A stretch of 11,754 nucleotides of DNA from a virus (IMGVR_UViG_2671181100_000003:1-11754), one strand, 5' to 3'. Counted from the stretch's first letter, positions 1 through 6,366 are shown. Notes: generated from the sequence alone by a model not told the origin. Made by a program: numbers and translations.

Positions 1-179
1 ACACGCCCTTCGTTCTGCCAGAGCCTGAGCCATTTGAAAATAACATTATCATTGACGCCATTTTCACGTGCAATCTGTGCAACACAAGCTCCAGGTTGTG
101 ATGCCAGTTCCACCATACGAAGTTTGAATTCATTCGAATAGTTTTTACGAGGTTCTTTTCGCCAGTCCTGTAATTCCAT
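1..179 (-). CDS. IS-type transposase OrfA-like HTH protein, N-terminal fragment (frame runs off the left window edge)
   Basis: Minus-strand ATG at 179-177 opens a frame that continues to position 1. Translation MELQDWRKEPRKNYSNEFKLRMVELASQPGACVAQIARENGVNDNVIFKWLRLWQNEGRV shows the OrfA-type helix-turn-helix pattern of IS3-family (IS2-like) or IS66-family transposases (EFK..V.....PG..V..IAR..GV......W.....EG). Absent from the ORF track because it is truncated by the window edge. A possible element terminus (minus-strand TGACCGCCG, plus 244-252) lies ~70 bp upstream of the ATG. Confidence 0.4.
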   Translation of the reverse strand, partial: MELQDWRKEPRKNYSNEFKLRMVELASQPGACVAQIARENGVNDNVIFKWLRLWQNEGR

Positions 180-193
180 ACTTAGATGTCCGT

Positions 194-430
194 CTATATC
201 AGATGGGCGTCTAAGTTACCAATTCTCGTCTGATGGCTACATACGGCGGTCAGTTTACGCTTACGTTCAGTTGACACTGGTATTACTTTGTTTTCCTGTG
301 CTGCACATTTAGCTTCAAGCGCATCGAATTTACGCACCAGGTATTCAGCATCTGTTTCATTTACTTTCAGATCTCGCGGTACACATCTCCCACGAAGAAA
401 CCCTTCCATTTCGAAAACATTCATGCGCAT
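194..430 (-). CDS. Small hypothetical protein (76-78 aa) downstream of yfdR-like gene; 3' end possibly altered by the adjacent IS-like element
   Basis: ORF-track frame. Its start overlaps the yfdR-like stop (ATGA at 421-424), suggesting translational coupling with the likely start at 424. No recognisable motif. If the IS-like element ends near 252, the last ~19 codons would be IS-derived. Confidence 0.35.
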   Translation of the reverse strand: MRMNVFEMEGFLRGRCVPRDLKVNETDAEYLVRKFDALEAKCAAQENKVIPVSTERKRKLTAVCSHQTRIGNLDAHLI

Positions 431-957
431 TTGCGTAACTCCGATAACTCGTTAAAGCGTTCCATAAACATCCCGTAGGCATGGCCCGGTGCCAGTGGAA
501 TCACGTTGAACATCTCTGTTGCCGGGATACCTTCCAGTACAGGCCAGAAAGAGCCATCATCAAGCCCGAGATCGCGGCGTTCGGTTGCCAGCATGATGAG
601 ATCGGCATATTTCACGGGCGTACTCATAACTGGGGGTAACCCGTATTTCTCACGGATTACGGCGTCTATTTTTTCTTCCATTTGTTTATAGTCAGGAAGA
701 AGGCGTTTCAGTGGTGCGGGAATGTCCTGGCAATACGCTTCTGTTGCATCATGCATTAACGCTTCAAAAGCAAATTCCTGCGGCACCAGCTGGCTGCAAA
801 GAACCGCATGTTGGGCGACGCTGTAGAAGTGCGAAAGATGACCGGCAAAGCGACAGATATTTGAAAGGGAAACCGCGATATCGTTAATATCGATGTCGTC
901 TTTATTTATCCTGTCATAATAAAAATGCTTCCCGGAAAAAGTTTTAATAAATGACAT
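421..957 (-). CDS. yfdR: HD-domain metal-dependent phosphohydrolase (YfdR-like, putative 5'-deoxynucleotidase)
   Basis: ORF-track frame 421..984 trimmed to the ATG at 957 (MSFIKTF...), which has GGAG ~6 nt upstream, giving 178 aa. HD signature residues are present (AQHAV and LMHDATEAY). Length and sequence match my recollection of the CPS-53 prophage protein YfdR. Confidence 0.75.
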   Translation of the reverse strand: MSFIKTFSGKHFYYDRINKDDIDINDIAVSLSNICRFAGHLSHFYSVAQHAVLCSQLVPQEFAFEALMHDATEAYCQDIPAPLKRLLPDYKQMEEKIDAVIREKYGLPPVMSTPVKYADLIMLATERRDLGLDDGSFWPVLEGIPATEMFNVIPLAPGHAYGMFMERFNELSELRKCA

Positions 958-1052
958 TTTGTTCTCCACGTATATGCGCTGCACCGCGCTGAATTCTGGT
1001 AAAAAGAATCCCTCACCATCCGGCGATTATTGAGTAAATTACGTTTCCATAA

Positions 1053-1070
1053 ATGCCCCCGCAGGGACAT
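1053..1070 (-). terminator. Weak hairpin between yfdQ-like and yfdR-like genes (possible attenuator or partial terminator)
   Basis: Imperfect inverted repeat ATGCCCC/GGGACAT with a 4-nt loop, followed on the minus strand by UUUAUGG. Not a canonical U-tract. Confidence 0.2.
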
Positions 1071-1084
1071 TTGCAGTAATGAAA

Positions 1085-1909
1085 TCAGGCGGTGAAAGTG
1101 CCAATAAAGGTTTCTACTTTGCTGTCCTTGAATTTCTCAACAAGCAGATCACGAAATTCGTTAGCCATTTCTTCCTGCACCGCCTCCAGCTGAATAATGC
1201 GCAGAACCAGTACAGGACGATCGCCAGTGATAATACTGAGGCGTAATTTAAACGGACGTTCTTTCAGACCTTCAAACGGAACGCATTTAAATTCAAATGC
1301 CACTGGCATAATGTCTTTGGTTTTCGCTTCGACAGACTCCATCAGAGAGCGTTTGCCGCTGAAGTCATTGTCTTCAAAATCAGCGGTCTGGTTTGCTTCA
1401 ATCGTGATTTTACGGACAGCCGCAGCCGCTTTTGTTGCCTGAATAGCGTCACCATTAGCATCAAAGCCCACAAGGTAGTCGGCCCAGTCTTCAATCCATT
1501 CTGCTAGTGACTTCTGGGAGTTACGCTCGCCGTTAACAGACAACAGAGCAGAGAACGGTGCTGTCTTTTTCAGTTTGAGTGTGGCGGTGTTATCTGCGTG
1601 ACCTGGTTCATCAATAGTACCTAGGTTAAGCACACTGACGGCACGCATATTATCAGCATCGATAAAGCAGCGGGTGCCTTCATCTGCAAGATCTTTAGAA
1701 TAACGGGTAAAATCATCGATGCTGGCAGTGGAAAGCGCACCACGGAAACGGAAGCGATTTAAATTAAATTTTTCCAGATCATGAATGCGGAAATTCTCAG
1801 GCAATGCCACAGCATCGGCACCAATCTTACTGATAATTTCATTAACACCCTGAGCAGAAATAAGGGCATGGATTTGATTAATTGCGGTTGCGTCTAAGTT
1901 CTGAGACAT
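1085..1909 (-). CDS. yfdQ: DUF2303-family phage early protein (YfdQ-like), function unknown
   Basis: 274-aa ORF with GAGGA 5 nt upstream of the ATG. Length and sequence ([21 protein letters not shown]...) match my recollection of YfdQ from prophage CPS-53. Confidence 0.75.
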   Translation of the reverse strand: MSQNLDATAINQIHALISAQGVNEIISKIGADAVALPENFRIHDLEKFNLNRFRFRGALSTASIDDFTRYSKDLADEGTRCFIDADNMRAVSVLNLGTIDEPGHADNTATLKLKKTAPFSALLSVNGERNSQKSLAEWIEDWADYLVGFDANGDAIQATKAAAAVRKITIEANQTADFEDNDFSGKRSLMESVEAKTKDIMPVAFEFKCVPFEGLKERPFKLRLSIITGDRPVLVLRIIQLEAVQEEMANEFRDLLVEKFKDSKVETFIGTFTA

Positions 1910-1974
1910 AATAAGTCCTCACTATATAAAGATATTCAGTGATGAGATAAATAATCAGTTAATTAAAAACGATA

Positions 1975-2337
1975 TTAACGACCTGCTGCGCGGAGTTTTC
2001 CGTCAGGTTCACCGGCAAGAGTCAGCAACTGTCCCTGGTCTTCCTGCAGAATAGTCAGGCGACCACCGCGATTGACATACATCGGCGTTTCGGTGGTGTC
2101 TTCTTCGGAAATTTTCCCGCGGTTAGTCGGGCGAACATATGAGAGTTTGTGTTTGATTTTCACTCGGTTCTCATCAAACGGTTCGATTTCTAGGTTGAGC
2201 GAGACCTTACCTTTGGTTTTCGTGTTCATCACACCGGAAGCGACTTCACTGAGAACTGCGCCGATTTTGGTTTCAAATACGCCGCCGTCCAGCTCCCCGA
2301 TAAATGCCTGCACATCAGTACTGCGTTCGCTAGCCAT
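1975..2337 (-). CDS. yfdP: YfdP-like early protein (120 aa), function unknown
   Basis: ORF-track frame 1975..2655 trimmed to the internal ATG at 2337 (MASERSTDVQ...), which has GAGGAG ~7 nt upstream. The 106 upstream codons are P/G/R-rich read-through of GC-rich non-coding DNA. Confidence 0.65.
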   Translation of the reverse strand: MASERSTDVQAFIGELDGGVFETKIGAVLSEVASGVMNTKTKGKVSLNLEIEPFDENRVKIKHKLSYVRPTNRGKISEEDTTETPMYVNRGGRLTILQEDQGQLLTLAGEPDGKLRAAGR

Positions 2338-2385
2338 TTTGCTGCTCCTCATCATATCGACCCTGCAAGGTCGGTTAGTTTCTCC

Positions 2386-2666
2386 ACAAAACAGAGAAGA
2401 ACACCTGCGGTGACTGCCGCCCGGATGGATTGGGTTATGAGCCCGTCGTCCGGTGATGCTCTTCTCTGTTTTGTAAAAAGGACGGTACCAGCCGGAAGCA
2501 AGGGTACAAGCTGGTACCGCCAAGACTACACACAGCATAAAGTTGTGGTGCCGGGTGCCTCCCGGTGCCTGGCGAAGGTTGCACACCAGGCGGGTGGGTA
2601 TCCACAGAAGGTCGACTGTCAGCCTCAACCTTAACCCGCGTGCGCTGAGCCGCATTCACCACAACG
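2386..2666. other. GC-rich non-coding stretch with nested perfect inverted repeats (candidate structured leader RNA or regulatory element of the leftward early operon)
   Basis: Perfect inverted repeats: 15 bp (2386-2400 ACAAAACAGAGAAGA / 2460-2474), 10 bp (2483-2492 CGGTACCAGC / 2510-2519), 9 bp (2542-2550 GTTGTGGTG / 2657-2665), 7 bp (2575-2581 / 2627-2633), plus short GC hairpins at 2551-2565 and 2567-2591. ORFs open in several frames here encode P/G/R-rich, non-protein-like sequence. Confidence 0.3.
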
Positions 2667-2806
2667 CTAAGGATTCTCTCTGGTTGAAAATACTTAGCTG
2701 TTATGTGCCTGCTTTTAGCCACATCAGGCGAGGTGGACCTAGTTATTCCCCAACAACAAGGATTCGGTTAATCTGGATATCCCCAACAACAATAAGAGTA
2801 TTCAAT

Positions 2807-3322
2807 GTGATCGCTGAATTAACGGCAGCAATGACGGCTATTCGTGAAATCGCCCAGATTGCAAAACTAATGAACGAGGCAAAAACTCAAGCTGAAGTAA
2901 ATGCGGCTATTGGTGAGCTGAACTCAAAGCTTGCGTCTATTCAGCGCGAATGCGTGTCTCTCGTTGAACTGCTGGGCTCTTATCAAGAAATAAATGCTTC
3001 TCTCAAAGCTAAAATTGCAGAATTCGAAAACTTTGAGGCTCAGACGGAAGGCTATATCCTTAACCAACTTGAGTCGGGTACTTTTGTATACTCGAAGGAG
3101 GTAATCGTGAACGGTGACAGCATAACCATGCATCTTTGCCCAAAATGTTTTGGACAAAAGATAGTATCGATACTTCAACCATTCCCGGTTAGCGAAGATG
3201 AGCTTTTTCATAAAAGCAGGTGCCTCCACTGTGAAAATAAGTTTCTGATGAATAAAAATCCAGATTACGTATCGCCTCCATCCATTGAGGAGTTGGCCAG
3301 AAAACTTAACGGCAATCTGTAG
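2807..3322 (+). CDS. Coiled-coil protein with C-terminal CxxC...CxxC zinc-ribbon (accessory gene in the immunity region, function unknown)
   Basis: ORF-track frame 2543..3322 trimmed to GTG 2807 (AAGAG 8 nt upstream) or ATG 2831. The N-terminal ~80 aa are heptad-like and A/E/K/L-rich; the C-terminus carries CPKCF and CLHCENK ~24 aa apart. GC is ~42% against ~52-55% in the replication genes. Convergent with the repressor, own terminator downstream. Confidence 0.55.
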   Translation: MIAELTAAMTAIREIAQIAKLMNEAKTQAEVNAAIGELNSKLASIQRECVSLVELLGSYQEINASLKAKIAEFENFEAQTEGYILNQLESGTFVYSKEVIVNGDSITMHLCPKCFGQKIVSILQPFPVSEDELFHKSRCLHCENKFLMNKNPDYVSPPSIEELARKLNGNL

Positions 3323-3347
3323 ATTGCTACTGTTGTGGATATCCAGA

Positions 3348-3360
3348 TTGTTAAAGAGCG
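3348..3360 (-). promoter_or_regulatory. boxA-like element (minus-strand CGCTCTTTAACAA), candidate nut-type antitermination site
   Basis: Minus-strand 13-mer CGCTCTTTAACAA matches the boxA consensus (rrn boxA TGCTCTTTAACAA; lambda nut boxA CGCTCTTA...) as I recall it. It is flanked by hairpins at 3362-3378 and 3312-3327 and lies downstream of a candidate leftward promoter at 3468-3496. Confidence 0.35.
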
Positions 3361-3361
3361 A

Positions 3362-3384
3362 AGCGTCCTGTAGGGCGCTTTTTT
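3362..3384 (+). terminator. Rho-independent terminator of the coiled-coil/zinc-ribbon gene
   Basis: Stem AGCGTCC / GGGCGCT (7 bp, one G-U) with loop TGTA, followed by TTTTTT at 3379-3384, ~40 nt after the stop codon at 3320-3322. Confidence 0.5.
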
Positions 3385-3465
3385 GTTGCTAACGAATCAT
3401 CCTGGACTTCATATGCCCCAGGCGGCTACTTCGTGGGCGTCCTGCCTGTTCGTTATCTTTGATAT

Positions 3466-3553
3466 AAAATCTAACTTAACTTAGCTATTATGGCAAGAGA
3501 AAACACCAAACTTTTCTTAGTTCGGTGCCTTAGTTAGAGAAGAGAGGTCTTAG
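3466..3553 (-). promoter_or_regulatory. Candidate left operator/promoter (OL/PL-like): leftward promoter flanked by CTTAG half-sites
   Basis: On the minus strand: -35 TTGCCA (plus 3491-3496), 17-bp spacer, -10 TAGATT (plus 3468-3473). CTTAG occurs four times within 3480-3553 (3480, 3516, 3529, 3549), the same pentamer that forms the operators between the repressor and cro. Confidence 0.3.
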
Positions 3554-4176
3554 AGTTCGTATTGAACTCCTTTGACTACACCAATGATAAGGCAATTACC
3601 ATTGATAGGGATGTTGGGATACCGAGGATTTAATGGCACTAAAAACTTTTGAGGGCCATCGATGACTAATTTTTTTACTGTAGCTTCGTTTGTTCCATCA
3701 AGTCGAGCGATGACTATTTTTCCATGACGAGGTTCTGCATCTGGATCTACAATCACTGTTGCGCCTTCTGGTATTGTTGGGAGGCCATTAGGGTTAGTCA
3801 TGGAGTCACCTTTAACCTCTAATGCAAATGAGTTATCACCAACCTTTAATGATGTATCTACCCACTTGTCCACTTCACTAAACACTTCTGCTGCCCTGCA
3901 CTCAGTAAACTGCCCAGCCTGAACCCACGATATTACAGGAACTCTGCGCATGTTTGTGACGAGTTTGCCTTCAAACTCAGCACCATAAAGAATGTAATCT
4001 ATTGACGTATTGAAGAACTTCGCTAATTTCGAAAGTGCCTCCCCACCAGGGGTATTGATGTCTTTCTCCCAGTACCCCACAGCAACGTCGCTTACTCCAC
4101 AAAATTTACCCAATTCTTTCTGGGACGTTCTGGTAACTCTTCTCAGAGCTTTTATACGCTGACCAACCGTTTCCAT
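3550..4176 (-). CDS. Phage repressor, cI/LexA-type (N-terminal HTH + C-terminal S24 autopeptidase domain)
   Basis: 208 aa. N-terminal HTH (QKELGKFCGVSDVAVGYWEKD), candidate Ala-Gly cleavage site (VQAGQF), S24 catalytic motif GDSM and Lys in TVKKL. Divergent from a cro-like gene across an operator region. Confidence 0.9.
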   Translation of the reverse strand: METVGQRIKALRRVTRTSQKELGKFCGVSDVAVGYWEKDINTPGGEALSKLAKFFNTSIDYILYGAEFEGKLVTNMRRVPVISWVQAGQFTECRAAEVFSEVDKWVDTSLKVGDNSFALEVKGDSMTNPNGLPTIPEGATVIVDPDAEPRHGKIVIARLDGTNEATVKKLVIDGPQKFLVPLNPRYPNIPINGNCLIIGVVKGVQYEL

Positions 4177-4195
4177 AGGAGCACCATTTCTTTAA

Positions 4196-4266
4196 TTGCT
4201 AAGTAATCTTAGTTTTTATTGACCAAAGATAGATTTGTAATTAGCATCTAACAAAACTTAGTTTGG
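4196..4266. promoter_or_regulatory. OR-like operator/promoter region between repressor and cro
   Basis: Inverted half-sites CTAAG-TAAT-CTTAG (4199-4212), perfect palindrome AAACTTAGTTT (4254-4264), CTTAGTTT repeated at 4208 and 4257. Rightward promoter candidate -35 TTGACC (4219-4224), 17-bp spacer, -10 TAGCAT (4242-4247), upstream of the cro ATG at 4274. Confidence 0.5.
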
Positions 4267-4273
4267 AGAGCGT

Positions 4274-4474
4274 ATGACAACTGACGATATCGAAAGCTAC
4301 TTCGGCAGTATTGAGAAAGTTGCTGCTTTTTTCGGCATAACAACTGAAGCCGTTTATCAGTGGCGAAACCGTCCGGGCCAGTTAATTCCAAAAGGACGTG
4401 CAGCAGAAGCTGCATATAGAACTTGCGGACGGTTGCCATTTAAACCTGAGCTTTATGAAAAATCTAATGGATAA
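4274..4474 (+). CDS. cro: Cro-type repressor (P22 Cro-like)
   Basis: 66 aa; DIESYFGSIEKVAAFFGITTEAVYQW resembles P22 Cro (DVIDHFGTQRAVAKALGISDAAVSQW). Divergent from the repressor; GGAGAG upstream. Confidence 0.8.
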   Translation: MTTDDIESYFGSIEKVAAFFGITTEAVYQWRNRPGQLIPKGRAAEAAYRTCGRLPFKPELYEKSNG

Positions 4475-5063
4475 ATCGATTAACAGAAACCACAGAACGA
4501 TGAGGCTAACCGTGGGTAAGCATCACTGGAAAGTAGAAAAACAGCCTGAGTGGTACGTGAAAGCTGTCAGAAAAACTATCGCAGCGTTGCCGGGTGGTTA
4601 CGCTGAAGCTGCTGACTGGCTGGATGTAACAGAGAACGCATTATTTAACCGCCTTCGTGCCGATGGCGATCAGATTTTCCCGCTGGGATGGGCAATGATT
4701 TTGCAACGTGCTGGTGGAACTCACTTCATTGCTGACGCTGTGGCGCAGTCTGCAAATGGCGTCTTTGTGTCTCTTCCTGATGTCGAGGATGTGGACAACG
4801 CCGATATCAACCAACGCCTGCTGGAAGTCATTGAACAGATCGGCAGTTATTCAAAACAGATTCGTTCAGCAATTGAAGACGGTGTAGTGGAACCGCATGA
4901 GAAGACAGCAATTAACGATGAGCTGTACCTCTCAATTTCGAAGCTGCAGGAGCATGCAGCACTGGTCTACAAAATCTTTTGCGTTTCAGAAAGTAGTGAC
5001 GCCCGCGAGTGTGCAGCTCCGGGCGCCGTGGCGTGTCGTGACTGTGGAGAAACTAACGCATGA
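4455..5063 (+). CDS. CII-position early regulatory protein (CII/CP76-like by position; start uncertain)
   Basis: ORF-track frame 4398..5063. The GTG at 4398 has no usable SD spacing and overlaps cro by 77 nt; ATG 4455 or ATG 4467 (overlapping the cro stop) are likelier starts. About 200 aa, first gene after cro. Family assignment is by position and vague recollection only. Confidence 0.45.
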   Translation: MKNLMDKSINRNHRTMRLTVGKHHWKVEKQPEWYVKAVRKTIAALPGGYAEAADWLDVTENALFNRLRADGDQIFPLGWAMILQRAGGTHFIADAVAQSANGVFVSLPDVEDVDNADINQRLLEVIEQIGSYSKQIRSAIEDGVVEPHEKTAINDELYLSISKLQEHAALVYKIFCVSESSDARECAAPGAVACRDCGETNA

Positions 5064-5398
5064 ACAGTTTAACAACACACTACCGTCGCTCGCAACTGAT
5101 TGCGCTTCCTGTACCGGGTGGAAAAGCGAAGGTGGAGTATTGCTATGCAGTAAATGTACCAGGTGACAGGGAAATTGTAACCCACAGCTTTGCAGAGTGG
5201 GCTGTGGGTGATTTCAACCGGCAGAAGGAGACAGTCCTTTGCGACAAGTTAACCGCTGGTTCAAAGATCACTACGGAGTGCCCGTCAGAGTCATTCGTTG
5301 GGAGCCGGAAACACAACGTGTTATCTACCTCCGCGAAGGCTATGAGCATGAGTGCTTCAGCCCGCTCGAACAGTTTCGTCGTAAATTCAGGGAAATAG
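5060..5398 (+). CDS. Hypothetical protein (112 aa as called); only the N-terminal ~55 aa look protein-like, possible frameshifted or overlapping gene
   Basis: ATGA overlap with the preceding stop (5060-5063). The N-terminal part ([52 protein letters not shown]) looks coding; the C-terminal ~50 aa are S/A-rich low complexity and overlap a better-looking frame (see 5239..5418). Confidence 0.3.
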   Translation: MNSLTTHYRRSQLIALPVPGGKAKVEYCYAVNVPGDREIVTHSFAEWAVGDFNRQKETVLCDKLTAGSKITTECPSESFVGSRKHNVLSTSAKAMSMSASARSNSFVVNSGK

Positions 5399-5418
5399 AG
5401 GTCGGTCATGAGCACTAA
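5239..5418 (+). CDS. Small hypothetical protein (59 aa) from a TTG start; alternatively the C-terminal half of a frameshifted gene starting at 5060
   Basis: Not in the ORF track (no ATG). AAGGAG at 5225-5230, 8 nt before TTG 5239. Translation [59 protein letters not shown] is compositionally protein-like. Stop at 5416-5418 overlaps the O-like start. Confidence 0.3.
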   Translation: MRQVNRWFKDHYGVPVRVIRWEPETQRVIYLREGYEHECFSPLEQFRRKFREIEVGHEH

Positions 5419-6364
5419 ATTAACCGGCTATGTATGGGATGGTTGCGCTGCATCAGGCATGAAATTATCCAGCGTGGCAATTATGGCCCGCCTGGCTGAT
5501 TTCAGTAATGACGAAGGTGTGTGCTGGCCATCAATTGAAACCATTGCCCGCCAGATTGGCGCGGGGATGAGTACCGTCAGAACGGCTATCGCACGGCTGG
5601 AAGCAGAAGGCTGGTTAACGCGTAGGGCGCGTCGCCAGGGTAACCGCAATGCGTCGAATGTTTATCAGCTTAACGTTGCGAAGCTTCAGGCAGCGGCATT
5701 TTCTCAACTGTCAGATTCTGACCCGTCAAAATCTGACGCATCAAAATCTGACGCATCAAAATCTGACCCGTCAAAATTTGATGCGTCGAAATCTGGCAAA
5801 AAAGCGGGTTTTCACCCGTCAGAATCTGGTGGGGATCCGTCAGTAAAATCAAAACATGATCCGTCAGATAAAAAAACTTCTCGTCCGGACGCTTCGCAAC
5901 CGGACACGCAGACGGCTGAACAGGATTTTTTAACTCGCCATCCTGATGCGGTTGTATTCAGCCCTAAAAAGCGCCAGTGGGGGACGCAGGATGATTTGAC
6001 CTGCGCACAGTGGCTCTGGAAAAAAATCATCGCCCTGTACGAGCATGCCGCCGAATGTGACGGCGAGGTGGTTCGTCCCAAAGAACCGAACTGGACAGCC
6101 TGGGCAAACGAAATTCGCCTGATGTGTGTGCAGGATGGTCGTACTCATAAACAAATCTGCGAGATGTACAGCCGCGTCAGTCGCGATCCGTTCTGGTGCC
6201 GTAACGTGCTCAGCCCGTCGAAGCTGCGGGAAAAATGGGATGAGCTTTCCCTGCGCTTATCGCCGTCCGTCAGCACGTACACCGAAAAACGCGAAGACCC
6301 GTACTTCAAAGCCAGTTACGACAACGTGGACTACAGCCAGATCCCGGCAGGATTCAGGGGGTGA
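5408..6364 (+). CDS. Replication initiator, lambda O-like (N-terminal HTH DNA-binding domain, repeat linker, C-terminal domain)
   Basis: 318 aa, GAGGT 5 nt upstream. N-terminal HTH (SSVAIMARLADFSNDEGVCWPSIETIARQIGAGMSTVRTAIARLEAEGWL) is typical of phage replication initiators. An internal tandem-repeat block encodes (S/P)KSDA pentapeptides, like the iteron-encoded linker of lambda O. Position after cro/CII. Confidence 0.7.
   Translation: MSTKLTGYVWDGCAASGMKLSSVAIMARLADFSNDEGVCWPSIETIARQIGAGMSTVRTAIARLEAEGWLTRRARRQGNRNASNVYQLNVAKLQAAAFSQLSDSDPSKSDASKSDASKSDPSKFDASKSGKKAGFHPSESGGDPSVKSKHDPSDKKTSRPDASQPDTQTAEQDFLTRHPDAVVFSPKKRQWGTQDDLTCAQWLWKKIIALYEHAAECDGEVVRPKEPNWTAWANEIRLMCVQDGRTHKQICEMYSRVSRDPFWCRNVLSPSKLREKWDELSLRLSPSVSTYTEKREDPYFKASYDNVDYSQIPAGFRG
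5711..5800. repeat. Six tandem 15-bp repeats inside the O-like gene: candidate replication-origin iterons
   Basis: Units TCAGATTCTGACCCG / TCAAAATCTGACGCA (x2) / TCAAAATCTGACCCG / TCAAAATTTGATGCG / TCGAAATCTGGCAAA. Each junction forms the dyad CGTCA-AAATC-TGACG. Degenerate copies and an A-rich stretch follow to ~5880. Confidence 0.5.
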
Positions 6365-6366
6365 TC

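Noticed and set aside
2410-2806. ORFs 2410..2634 (+), 2435..2722 (-) and the N-terminal extension of 2543..3322 (+)
   Set aside because: All lie in the GC-rich inverted-repeat region and encode P/G/R-rich low-complexity sequence in several frames at once with no usable RBS. Treated as non-coding; the 2435..2722 frame is kept only as an unlikely alternative in a finding.
2924-3229. Minus-strand 101-aa ORF antisense to the coiled-coil gene (considered as a possible N-like antiterminator because it is basic and downstream of the boxA-like site)
   Set aside because: The F/Y/L-rich composition is what the antisense of an E/K/L/A-rich coiled-coil gene produces. It has no N-terminal arginine-rich motif, and the plus-strand product has a convincing CxxC...CxxC zinc ribbon.
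2380-3322. Retron (msr/msd ncRNA plus reverse transcriptase) suggested by the flanking inverted repeats
   Set aside because: The downstream gene is a 165-170-aa coiled-coil/zinc-ribbon protein with no reverse-transcriptase motifs, and no RT-like ORF exists in the window.
4398-4454. GTG start at 4398 for the CII-like gene (as in the ORF track)
   Set aside because: AAGGA ends 1 nt before the GTG (unusable spacing) and the extension overlaps cro by 77 nt; ATG 4455 or 4467 preferred.
5711-5800. Tandem repeats as a possible CRISPR array
   Set aside because: Units are contiguous 15-mers with no spacers, lie inside a coding sequence and keep the reading frame; interpreted as iterons.
5649-5852. 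ORFs 5649..5846 (+) and 5670..5852 (-) with QNLTHQNLT-type repeats
   Set aside because: These are alternative-frame artefacts of the 15-bp tandem repeats inside the O-like gene.
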